Virus record (IMG/VR): IMGVR_UViG_3300009031_000368
Span: 96,001-160,000 of that record
Length of the DNA stretch: 64,000 bases
From: a virus
Lineage: Duplodnaviria > Caudoviricetes
Direction: 5' to 3' (one strand)
Position numbers and translations under genes: made by a program
Notes under the pieces: generated by a model
Seen by the model: only the letters and a program-made list of their open reading frames with translations
Databases searched by the model: none
Told to the model about the DNA's origin: nothing
Shown: positions 31,769-42,253 of the stretch, in pieces
Position numbering within the stretch: position 1 is the first letter of the stretch
Layout of the letters: every line of letters begins with the position of its first letter

Positions 31769-32285
31769 CTAATCCGTATGGGCGCATGATGGATCCAATA
31801 TATGATGTTGTGGACAACGACACCCACATGGTGCAATTGATTGCCAACCGGCTAACCTATTTACAACGGTTGGAGGCAAAGTTTTGACGTTACACTCCCA
31901 GAAGATTTCGGCCGGACATCCTTGCCGGTTACATCGGACCAGATAGTAAATATCGTTGATTTGAACTTCATTGAGTCCGAACATCTTTTTACCGTAACGT
32001 TCAGCTTCAAGTGCAGACATCCACCGATAGCCATCAACAACATATGGAACGACTACGCTGGCTCTATGTATTGCTTCATTAACCGTCATTCATCTCACTC
32101 CATTGCCGCAAACGGCCTTTAGACTTATACCACCTAAGCATGTCGCCGGATCCTTTTCCAATCCAACCAGCGGCAATCGGTGGCGCTTTAACGATGATAT
32201 ACGTTTCATCGACGACAACACCGCCGCACCAAGCATCGGTATCGATCCAGATTAATTTTGTTACCACGGGTGTAACGTTCACCAT
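31769..32285 (-). CDS. Two hypothetical proteins (31769..32089, 32079..32285)
   Basis: Co-oriented small ORFs. Confidence 0.5.
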
Positions 32286-32587
32286 CCGGTATTGTTTGGC
32301 CGGTCATCGTAACAGTAATCACATGGATCATCCCAATAAGATGATTCACCGCTTCTTACACGTCCAGTGCCGTGACATGTCCGACACATTGAACGAGGAA
32401 TTCTGATAACGCTCACGGGTGGTTCCTGGTAATCTGATTCAAGCAGAAGGATTCCCTGATTTGTTACCCATATAGATTTTACATCGACATGCTGTGTGCC
32501 AACTTCAATTTGGACATCGCTATCCGGAAAAACTTCATCGTCTTTCTCCAATACTGCGATTGCTTCTTTCAATTCTGCCAGTGTCAC
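32279..32587 (-). CDS. DnaJ-type Zn-finger protein, paralog A
   Basis: CRTCHGTG...CDYC. Confidence 0.6.
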   Translation of the reverse strand: MTLAELKEAIAVLEKDDEVFPDSDVQIEVGTQHVDVKSIWVTNQGILLLESDYQEPPVSVIRIPRSMCRTCHGTGRVRSGESSYWDDPCDYCYDDRPNNTGW

Positions 32588-32596
32588 GTCATACTC

Positions 32597-32884
32597 CTAA
32601 TCCGGATAACAGTTATCGCAATTGTCGCGCGAACCACATGTGTCACAGCCAGTTCTACCAGTGCCATGACATACCCGACAGTTTGATCTGGCAGTTCCTG
32701 GTTGCGGGATGTAATCGGCATCAATAATTAATCCGTTGTTAAAGTCGGGATATGCGGCAGTTACGTCCACACGCTGCGTGCCTACTTCAATAAGGACATC
32801 AGAATCATCATCGATATCTCGTTCGTTTTCCATACATGCAATCAATTGCTTAAGTTCAGAAAGTTTCATCGCTCTACTCCCCAA
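32597..32884 (-). CDS. DnaJ-type Zn-finger protein, paralog B
   Basis: CRVCHGTG...CDTC...CDNC; clear similarity to 32279..32587. Confidence 0.6.
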   Translation of the reverse strand: MGSRAMKLSELKQLIACMENERDIDDDSDVLIEVGTQRVDVTAAYPDFNNGLIIDADYIPQPGTARSNCRVCHGTGRTGCDTCGSRDNCDNCYPD

Positions 32885-35215
32885 TCATTTAGTCCGGCCG
32901 ATCTATCATAACAGTCATCACATAGATAGATTCCACCACAACAGCTTTCATCTTTCGTCTCTTTGACAATCGTTTTAGGCTTTGCCGTCAAGGCATTCAG
33001 AGTTTTAGAAAGGTTATCGATATAATCAACGTATTTGACAACTTCAGCCTTCGCGCGCTGAATTTCACCGGTTATCGTTTGTTCCAAAGTATCGTTGAAT
33101 CTATTGGCGTATCGTAATGGTATTTGAGCATTCAATGCGCCTCTATTCGATTGAATGGGCCACTTAACCATCAATGCATCAATCGTCCATCGCAATTGAG
33201 TTTCCGGAAAGTAGGCTGAAAGCGCGTAGGCACATCTATTAATGCTAGTCATGTGTTTAAATCTGTCAGGAAGCCTCATCATCGCATCTCCCATCTTTTA
33301 GTTGAGCCGATCGTTTCATGGCACGTTCATAGATTTCTTGTCTGGTAGATTCCGGCAGCGATAAGCCGTCAGGCAAACTGTTACCTTTTACCATGATGGT
33401 TCCAGTATTGTTTGGAATAGTCACAGTGATTGTAAAATTTAATTCTACGTCGCCAGTATGCACAGACATATGTCTGTTGGTATGTAATACGTCAATGTTG
33501 ACATTATTGAAGTTTATGTCGTACAAATACGCAGCGTCAAATGTTGTTTTTATGTAGTGATTTATTGTGTCAAGTTCGTTTCTGACATTACTACATGTAA
33601 TGTATGTATTGTAATAAATGTCAAGATATAAGACCAACACTATACTGTTCTGTTTTGATACACATCGTGGAACGTAATAATCGAATCGACCACTGGCAAG
33701 AGTCTTTTTAAGGAAACCGTCCATCCATCCGCGTCTGGTTGCAGTAGAAAGCTTAACGCGACGGACTTCAAATGGTTTATCGGAGAGCGTATAACTGATG
33801 CCAGACATAACGGCTCCTATTTGATTTGTTTTATTGCCTCATCTCTAACCTCCGACCAAAACAATATACTGGCATATTGGCCGGAGTGGATCTTTAATCC
33901 AAATGGGAATATATCACAAATCTGGCAAATTGTACCTGGCACAAAAGTTGCAACATCTAAATCTGACCTGGCCTCTATTGGAATTTCCAGACATACTGAC
34001 TTGTTTTTCATCCTGATGGGATCGGCCCACCATTCGATCAATGTGGTTTTGCCGTATGTGGAGATTCCATCCAGGATTGATTGTCTCATCGCCATAACGT
34101 GCATGGTGGCTTCAAATACGGCTTTAGATTCCCAGTCTCGAAGCGGCGGGACACCATCACGTTCAAGGGATTTTATGGTATGGTCGGCTTTATCAAATAG
34201 CTCTTTTGCTTTGGTAGGACTGACTACAATCTTCATTCCAACAACAACTCTGGCTGTTTGATTTCTTGTTGCTTTTCTTTGGTGTTGAAAAGCTCAAGCT
34301 GATGAGATTTATCCGCGACATTCTGCGCTTCTTGAAGAATGAAATCCAATTCATCAATTGAAGCCTTAACGGCACGCTCCACCAACCCGGTATTGACGAT
34401 GGTGAATTTTCCGGTTGTCTTCTCTGTCTTTGTTGAACGGTAAAGTACCGATTCATATTCTGATTCAGAAATGAATCCACTATCAAGTAAAAGCTTGAGG
34501 CGATTCAGATCCACGGATTCCACGAACACCATTCGGTGTGAGATATCTTTCGCATCCAACAGCTGTTTAATGTTGTCTGAATCTGCACCATCGATTGTTT
34601 CGACAGATTCTGTCTTATCGGCATACTTTCGCGCGATCACATCTCCAACCTGACTTTCCCGCCAAGCCGTTGACTCATTGCAGCCTTCAATGCCTTTTTC
34701 GGCATCGCGGCGAAGCTCAGCCTCTAGTTGCTTGATTGATTTGTCGACCGACGAATGGATGGCTTTGAGAAGTGAAACCGTTTGATACCGTTTTTCTTTC
34801 GTGGATGTGTCGATTCGGGTTAGCAGCGAGCGGGCATCTCGTAGCAGTTTGATATAGTCTAACATACAATACTCCATGGTTTATGTTTTAACCATAGAAT
34901 ATCATATGCAATCAATCATGTCTATACAATAGGCAGACATGTTTACTTGTCTTCAGTCAACATATCGTCAAGATAATTCATGAGCGTTTCAGCGTCAACG
35001 TGCCATAGGGCTTCATAATCAGCCGGAACACATTCCACGTTACCATCGTCTGATACCATAAACCGTGTGCCTGATTTAGCCGTCACGGCATAATTACTAT
35101 CGTCTTCATAAATCCGAAACTCGTCTCGGATCAAGTATTCTTTCTTGCCAGTTAACTTGGTGACAGTTGTTCCTAACGGAATATCGCCAACCGGCATAAT
35201 GACTTTTATCTTCAT
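32866..35215 (-). CDS. Five hypothetical proteins (32866..33294, 33266..33808, 33817..34236, 34233..34877, 34943..35215)
   Basis: Tightly packed co-oriented ORFs. Confidence 0.55.
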
Positions 35216-35217
35216 GG

Positions 35218-36489
35218 TTACTTCCTTCCCATCGGTTTAACGGTTCCAGCCCGTGTGGTTTCAATAATCCAAGCATCCGATACATTGTATGTCTTGAATT
35301 CAATAATGTTGCCAGCCCGATAACCGTATTGACCTTCTTCATCAGTGAAATTTACATCGTAGCGCGAGTCCTTCTTGATGCGCTGTGTGTCGGTGCCATC
35401 GGCAGATAGTTGCGGCCAATCTTCATTATGTTCGTTTCCCGACAACGTTTTACTATCCCGAACATCCCAACGGTGGTAGTCCCATTCACAGTAATCCTTT
35501 TTGACAGGACACTTCTGATAACAGGTACGCCACCTGGTTTCGGTTCTATCGCACATGTCATACCGGGTTTCATAGTCATCGATCAATCGGCCATTTGAAT
35601 AGCAGGTATCCCAATCGGTAACGGTTCGTTCTTTGCACTTCGACGTTCCATTCTTTTGCGATTCACATCCGTACCGCTCAGTAGAAGTGCGCGGATTGCA
35701 CTTACTGGCAATCTTTTCGTAATGTGATCCGACCTTTACCTGTCGCGGGTTGCATTTCTCCTGCCATCGATACTGGTACGGCTCACATCGGTATGGATTA
35801 CAATCCTCATAGTGGTGAATTTTCATTTCACACGAGACATTGAACGCCCCGGCGTCCGGACTGCCAAAGTCTCGATTACGATGTAACGTGTTGCGCTGTT
35901 CCAGCGTCACGGTATGCTGCCATGCAATCGATTGCACTTTAACATCACGCTGTGTCGGCATGAGGAGCCAAACCATCAATACGCAGAACGCAATGATGCC
36001 AACAGCGTAAAGCAAGCTTGTGATACGAAATCGATCCGTAATTCCCGTTACCCATCGTTCAGCCGGTGCAATGTATGTGCCGGTCAATAGATTTTCATTC
36101 CCACCAGCTGGCTTTGAATCGACGCTTGTTCGTGTTTCATATAGTGATTGCATATCGGATAGAACCGAATTCGATTCGCGGCTTGCCCCACAATTGGAGC
36201 AGCTTGAGCCAACGTTGTGTTGCTGTCCTTCACAAAACCGACATACCCAATTTTCTCCACAACTAGCCAGTTTGAGCTTTTCCGGATCGGTGATGATAGG
36301 CGCAGTAACGTCCATTACATCGGCTTCGCGAACTTCCTTGGCCGAACCACACGTCACACACGATGTCTTCAGCCCTTCATTGACTGAATCACATTGATTA
36401 CATTTCCAAGTGTCTTCAATAAACACTTCACGATCTGGTCCATATTCACGCATTACGGTTTTCTCCTGAAAAAACATAAATCCATTCAA
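35218..36489 (-). CDS. Membrane-anchored protein with two RanBP2-type Zn fingers and a Cys-rich distal domain
   Basis: WKCNQCDSVN...CVTCG and WVCRFC...CSNCG; one TM helix (LLYAVGIIAFCVLMVWLLM); Cys-rich C-terminal half. Confidence 0.65.
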   Translation of the reverse strand: MNGFMFFQEKTVMREYGPDREVFIEDTWKCNQCDSVNEGLKTSCVTCGSAKEVREADVMDVTAPIITDPEKLKLASCGENWVCRFCEGQQHNVGSSCSNCGASRESNSVLSDMQSLYETRTSVDSKPAGGNENLLTGTYIAPAERWVTGITDRFRITSLLYAVGIIAFCVLMVWLLMPTQRDVKVQSIAWQHTVTLEQRNTLHRNRDFGSPDAGAFNVSCEMKIHHYEDCNPYRCEPYQYRWQEKCNPRQVKVGSHYEKIASKCNPRTSTERYGCESQKNGTSKCKERTVTDWDTCYSNGRLIDDYETRYDMCDRTETRWRTCYQKCPVKKDYCEWDYHRWDVRDSKTLSGNEHNEDWPQLSADGTDTQRIKKDSRYDVNFTDEEGQYGYRAGNIIEFKTYNVSDAWIIETTRAGTVKPMGRK

Positions 36490-37620
36490 GGTCTCTAATC
36501 ATTCGTTCTGTCAGTTCACTTCTGCCAGACAACTCTTGTGTCAACATCGTTACAGCTTCGCGCATGTATTCTGCCGTATAAACACTTGCGAATTTATAGT
36601 TCTTATACGGAGTCAACCTTTTATCGTGTGGAACAACATGATTCCAAATCATTCTTAACGTATAAAACAAATGACTGGTTTTCATGTCGCGAGGTGCGAT
36701 AAATTCACCGCCATTCATGCGCCATTTGAAATCTTTAGCAGGAATGCAATCGTCAATCTTCACACTGTAGCTCCTCAATTAGCCTATCACGCCACTTGAT
36801 TTCACCGTTTAGGTCTACCACCGTTTCAGTCAGCTCGGATACTTTAGCCTCAAGCTGTTCAACAGTCTTCATCGACTCAACCAATGCATCCCTGAGCGCG
36901 CGGTTATGCCGTCTGATGTCTTCCAAGGTATCGACGTAATCCAACTCGCTGATGATGGAACTGGCTTCATCGCATTCAGACAACTCGATATCGTGACAAG
37001 CTGTTTTTATGGCTTTAATGATACGGTCAATCAGCGGACATGTTTCAGCCGCTACATCACGTCGGATATCGGCATAGTACGCACGGTCTGACATTGCGAA
37101 TCCTTATCAGATCTGTTTATTCTTTCTTGTCGGCGTCATATTCTTCTAATTCGGCGTAGTGAAGATTCATTCTGGCCTGTCGTTCCTCAATAGGTACACC
37201 GATTAGCAACTCTTCAGTTACTACGATGGTACCATCTTTCCGTATCTCCGAATGCATCTCAGAATCGCCGTCTTTCGCAAGACGTTTATACATGCCATCT
37301 TTAATCTTTTGTGCCCAGTACCATGAAGCTTTGCTATCTTTGGGTTTGAATTTTATTGAACATAATTCCTGTAAATATAAGGCCCCAATTCATATCTCCA
37401 TCATCCAGGCCAAGGAAGAGACAACGTAACGCTAACTGTCTATAAAATATTCACCACGGCATAGCGGCTCATCGTGTGCGGGAATATTGCACCCAAACAC
37501 GTCAGGATAGCCACCTTTCTCAATCAGGTCTGCCGCTTCCCGTAGCCGTCTGATGAGAATCGCCCGTGCTGATTTCCTGTCGACATCCTCCAAGGAATGC
37601 CATCTATCTTGATCATTCAT
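36446..37620 (-). CDS. Hypothetical proteins (36446..36778, 36753..37094, 37432..37620)
   Basis: Co-oriented ORFs; an additional open frame ~37115..37370 lacks a clean start. Confidence 0.5.
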
Positions 37621-37623
37621 CGT

Positions 37624-38358
37624 TTAGTTTCCTAACTGTTTCTTATCTGACTCACCGCGAAGGCCGTTGACGATATTGATTTCCTCGCCGGCCCGAATAC
37701 CGGCCGCACTCCATTGCCACTTTGGCGCAACGGTTTTCTTATACTTTATGTTGTCATCGAACCACTGGTCTACCTGCTTGAGCCTTGAAACCACCAGTGC
37801 CATCGTTGTAACATCCGGTGACGCGGCAGCCTTCATACTTTCCAGCCGTCTAGCCAACGTAACGGTTGCCGACATACAGAAATTGGTACGCAACGACGAC
37901 TTGGCACGCGGCGGAAGCTCATTGATTTCTGTCGGTAATCCGCCGTATCGAACGACCATATTGGATGCCTTCGCGTCCTTCATAAAAGTTTCAGACCTGG
38001 AAACGATTTCGCGACGGAATACATCAAACAGGTATTCGGCGATATCGACATCAGATCGGTGACCATAGAAATGTGTGAGCGTAGTCGTTCGTCTGAACGT
38101 TGAACGACAATTACAGAATCGCGCCACATACGCGGCAAGATCCCGGACCCAGCTTTCGCGCTGGAAAAGATTGATCTCCTTCGTTACGATCGGATCAATG
38201 ACTTCCGCATCTTCGACGTCCGCCATACTTACAGCGTGTTTTGCCATAAGGTCGGCGGCAAACTTCGCGGCGAGGTCTCCTTCCGGCATACCGTCCTGGT
38301 TAACTGCGACAGCTAGCAGCTTCTTGATTTTACCCAAAATGTTCGGATCAACGGCCAT
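37624..38358 (-). CDS. DUF2786-like protein
   Basis: KIKKLLAVA...EGDLAAKFAADLMAKH N-terminus, FYGHRSDVDIAEYLF, AAGIRAG; start ATG 38358 (SD GAGG). Confidence 0.75.
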   Translation of the reverse strand: MAVDPNILGKIKKLLAVAVNQDGMPEGDLAAKFAADLMAKHAVSMADVEDAEVIDPIVTKEINLFQRESWVRDLAAYVARFCNCRSTFRRTTTLTHFYGHRSDVDIAEYLFDVFRREIVSRSETFMKDAKASNMVVRYGGLPTEINELPPRAKSSLRTNFCMSATVTLARRLESMKAAASPDVTTMALVVSRLKQVDQWFDDNIKYKKTVAPKWQWSAAGIRAGEEINIVNGLRGESDKKQLGN

Positions 38359-38414
38359 GACAGGTACCTCTTTCGTACAGTGCAATCAATTACGCGAAAG
38401 TAATAATGAGTGAC

Positions 38415-39627
38415 TTATGGACAATCCGTCATAACATCCATGACATCCGATGCCAGCTTTTCAACGGCGCGGAGCCGGTCAAAGCTATTGAAGAAGTCAT
38501 CTTCTCCAACGACGACGTAGGTAGCAGCGTCCTTTCGGTATTCATATCCGTCATCGTCCGGATGGGGCTGCGCGTACTGTCTGAATTCGACGGTCGGCTT
38601 GGAAAGGTCAATCTTGCCTTCAATCAGGTACACGTAAGTGGCATGAAAACCACCGTATTCGTAATAGTCTTCATCGTCGGTATGCTGGTCACAGACCAAA
38701 TAGACGGCTCCGTCAATGAGGAACATATCGGCTGAATCAAAATGACCGACTGCGCTGTTGGCGTCATACATCACATTGTTGAGGAACTGAACGGTGTGGC
38801 CATCGATATTCGATACTGTACCCATAATTTCAAACCTCAAAGTTGAATATTTATCAGCTTACCGATATAACATACTGCACAACGAATGACTTGTCAAGAG
38901 AAATTTTGAATCACTTGACGATTTTCGCCGTAATTACGATTTGTGTGCCAGTTTCGGCCTTGAAATGTCTCTCCGCATACGCAAAGATATCTTCAATTGA
39001 ATGTTCGCGATATGGCGTTACGTGTGCGAAGATCAAAAGATCTGTCAATATGTTTTTCAATGACTCGTTATCACTGCTGGTTCCAACATCTTCTCGGTAC
39101 TTTGCAAGTATTGACTTGACGATGGAAACCTGTTCAGATATGTCTTTCTGCATGGCACATTCCTCCATCTCATGATTGATTGAAACATGTAGCAGCATGA
39201 TAGCATACGGCTGATATTTTGTCAAGAACTTTTTGGATTATTTCTGGTGAGCCTTAAAGTACGTCAGGCAGGCATCGTCGATTATTTGATCTAGTGTTCT
39301 TATAACTGTTGGATTCTGCACGGCAATTATAGCCGCCAACATATAGTTGATAAGCGTTATGGCCGGCGAGTTTCTTTCAATCAGTCCATCGATGGTCGTA
39401 ACGTACATGTGGCCGGCAACATACACGTATACCGTCACGATGGATAATCGGCCAGATGTTTGTTTCTCAAGCAGGAATCCAACAGGACCATTCTTAAGCC
39501 TAATGATTCGCGTTGTTGTTTCACCCTTATCGATCAGGTAAACCAGTAAGCCATCGATGCCGGCCCGGATGGTGTCGAAGTTGATACACGATAACAAACT
39601 GTTTACATTTTGTCTAGTCATCAACAT
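38415..39627 (-). CDS. Three hypothetical proteins (38415..38840, 38911..~39154, 39238..39627)
   Basis: Small ORFs; the first two have their own consensus promoters. Confidence 0.55.
38869..38897 (-). promoter_or_regulatory. Sigma70-type promoter
   Basis: TTGACA-N17-TATGTT. Confidence 0.62.
39197..39225 (-). promoter_or_regulatory. Sigma70-type promoter
   Basis: TTGACA-N17-TATCAT with TG extended -10. Confidence 0.7.
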
Positions 39628-40874
39628 TTCCTTGAATTACTAAAATCAACAGCAATACGTGACTGACTCTGCTTTTGCTTAAGAGAATCTAGTGAATCTA
39701 TGATATCTGTCATGGCCGATTGTCTGTACACGGACAACATCTTCACGTCTGCTAATGATTCATAGCTGTAGTAAAAACACAAGAATTGTTCGGTAGCCAA
39801 TTTGGTTTCTAATGCAATTGGTGAATGATGTATATGAAATCGCCATGGACCATAAGTAACGATTCTGTACAAAGAATACGAACTGGGCATTCTACTCATT
39901 TTGCTAAAATTTACCGTTCCACCTACTGCATACGTTTTAAACCGTGATGAGGGCAAGTCGGCAGCCATTGTTGCGCCTACAAAATCATAGTCGGCATCTG
40001 TCATGGTGAAGTACCTCCATTTTTAATCATGACGCACCGAATGGAACCAAACAGCATTTTGCTTCTGGCGCGACAAAACATCCTTGTTTGGCGTCAATGA
40101 CTCAATGATATCATCCATTGCAGACAATTTTAATATAGAAAATCCAGACTCCACATCTGCCACAGGTTCATAGTTATAGTAAAAGCCAAGGAACTTCCGT
40201 GTGGCAAGTTGTACGGTCATCGTCGATGTTGCGCTTTGTTTTACGTAGAAACGCCATGGCCCATACGTAATGGTTCTTGCCGCATAGTCGTTACTTGTTT
40301 GACCACTTTGCGGTGGCGGCGCCAGGTAGATATCGACTTTGCCAAAATGCACGGTGCCACATCTACCCGGTCGTTTAAACGCAACAATTGGATGTCCATT
40401 AAGTGTTGCCTCGATAAAATCTTCTTCAGTCATATGTTACCATACCTTCATTGCTTTGATTATTCCCGCCAACATGGATTGTTCATCCTCGATGCTGCAT
40501 CTCCTTTTACCAAGGAGTTTTTGATAATGTTCATGTACGGTCGTCAATACTTTGCTGATTACCGCATAGGTGTCATCATCAAATGATTCAAGTTCCAATA
40601 ACCTGTATCGATACGGATATCCGAACAATTGCCTTGTTGCGACCCAAACTTCAATTGTAACATCCCACGCAATTTGATCATTTACAAGTGGCTTCCTTGT
40701 ATTCATATTGGCATATAGAACGATTTGAAGCTTATTGACACAAATTGTTGTACTGGTTACCAACTTTGAAGCAATGACATCAATATCGCCGATCCGGCAA
40801 TATTCGGTGCCGACTTCGTCAATCAACATATAGACGGCATGCGCCTTATCCAGGATAGATTTCATGTCAACCAT
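39621..40874 (-). CDS. Tandem paralogous hypothetical proteins (39621..40004, 40023..40433, 40437..40874)
   Basis: Shared TYGPWRF...LAT..FL.FYY.YE..AD...SAM.DII.SL in the first two; weaker VATRQLFGY in the third. Confidence 0.6.
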
Positions 40875-42253
40875 CAGCCTTCAGCCTCCTCAGTATCAAT
40901 ATAGTCATCCTTCTGCTTGATGATTCCTTCAAGCACGCGAAAAATATAGCTTTTTTCTTTGTAGAACGAAACGGTTCCGTCCGGTTGTTCGACTCTGATG
41001 ACGACTCCTTCGTGTGGATGCCTGGCGTCTAGACCAGATGGGATTGCATCGGTTCCAGATTCACCATTGACCAATCGTTCTACCTTTGCTCGAAGCGCCT
41101 CCTCGTTGCCATCATACATAAACGATTCAATATGACGCACCGTTTCAACACCAAGCTCGCCGGATCGGCCGACAACCTGATACCATGAAAGATCAACCTC
41201 ATTACCGTCTTCAGCAACACGGGTGATGCGGTAAACCGTTAGCCTGGTTTGTGGCCCATTGGTGCCATCTGAACTACAGCCATAACTGTACTCAAAACAT
41301 TTACCAAACCGCTTTTCAATCTTCTTATCCTTCAATCCAGTGGTGTCATGACGGCCCATAATCGGCGCACCGGTATCGGTGTAACCGCAAAGCTCATAGT
41401 AGATGGCTTCGCCGGGATGAAGCGTTATATCTTTTACCGCATTGAATCGGAAGTTCTCGGTGCCGTAATACGAATTACCGGTTCGCCGTTCCAACACGAC
41501 GCGACGGCTACCATTCAGATATCGCCACGGATTGCGCTCAACTGATAACCCAACACGCCGTAACAGCCAATCACAACAACCGGCCAGACGTTTACGCCAG
41601 CCTGAAAGTTGAACAAGATCACGAACTTGTGCGGTACGCCCAGAAGTACCATGAAGCTTCTCGGTAATATGGATGATTGAACCAACCGGAATCTTGCTGG
41701 CGAAATACCTGAACTGTTGTGTTTCAATGTGTTCATGAAACATGACATTCTTTTTACGTGCAACCGGAGTAGACGCTGACTTCTTTGCACGCACGGTTGC
41801 CGGTGTTTCATATTTGGTGCAAACCACATGACCGTTCACGGTATCGATTAGATCTCCTTCTTTGAAGGAAGAAATATCACAGCCAGTCCAATCAAGCATT
41901 TCGACCGGACACCAAAAGCCATCCGATTTTACACCTTTCAGCTTAATGGCACGCACACGGCGGTTTGGTTCAAACATGCCACCGGCCGGCTTTCCGGTTT
42001 CATCTTTCCGTTTAACCAGATCCTTATTGGATGCAAAGGTTTCAGACAGGACACCATCACTGGGGAAGAATACGCCCAGTGTGCCATCCTGTGTTTCCTT
42101 GCCGACAATCACTTGATTGCCAAGACAATTCCCGATGGCCAACCGCTCAATCTTTTCGACAGAGCCATCCGGTTTAACGATATCCGGGAATGGACGTACA
42201 TGGATACTTGTTACGATTGCTTGATACATAACGGACTCCTTAATTACCACCAA
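40874..42253 (-). CDS. RNA ligase (DRB0094/Rnl2-like, N-terminal OB domain)
   Basis: Motif I TEKLHGT, EAIYYELCG, HEGVVIR (motif IV), KEKSYIF (motif V), N-terminal LKGVKSDG. Confidence 0.88.
   Translation of the reverse strand: MVVIKESVMYQAIVTSIHVRPFPDIVKPDGSVEKIERLAIGNCLGNQVIVGKETQDGTLGVFFPSDGVLSETFASNKDLVKRKDETGKPAGGMFEPNRRVRAIKLKGVKSDGFWCPVEMLDWTGCDISSFKEGDLIDTVNGHVVCTKYETPATVRAKKSASTPVARKKNVMFHEHIETQQFRYFASKIPVGSIIHITEKLHGTSGRTAQVRDLVQLSGWRKRLAGCCDWLLRRVGLSVERNPWRYLNGSRRVVLERRTGNSYYGTENFRFNAVKDITLHPGEAIYYELCGYTDTGAPIMGRHDTTGLKDKKIEKRFGKCFEYSYGCSSDGTNGPQTRLTVYRITRVAEDGNEVDLSWYQVVGRSGELGVETVRHIESFMYDGNEEALRAKVERLVNGESGTDAIPSGLDARHPHEGVVIRVEQPDGTVSFYKEKSYIFRVLEGIIKQKDDYIDTEEAEG

Noticed and set aside
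31599-31847. 82-aa ORF in the putative origin gap
   Set aside because: It overlaps 31769..32089 in another frame and has no RBS or motif.
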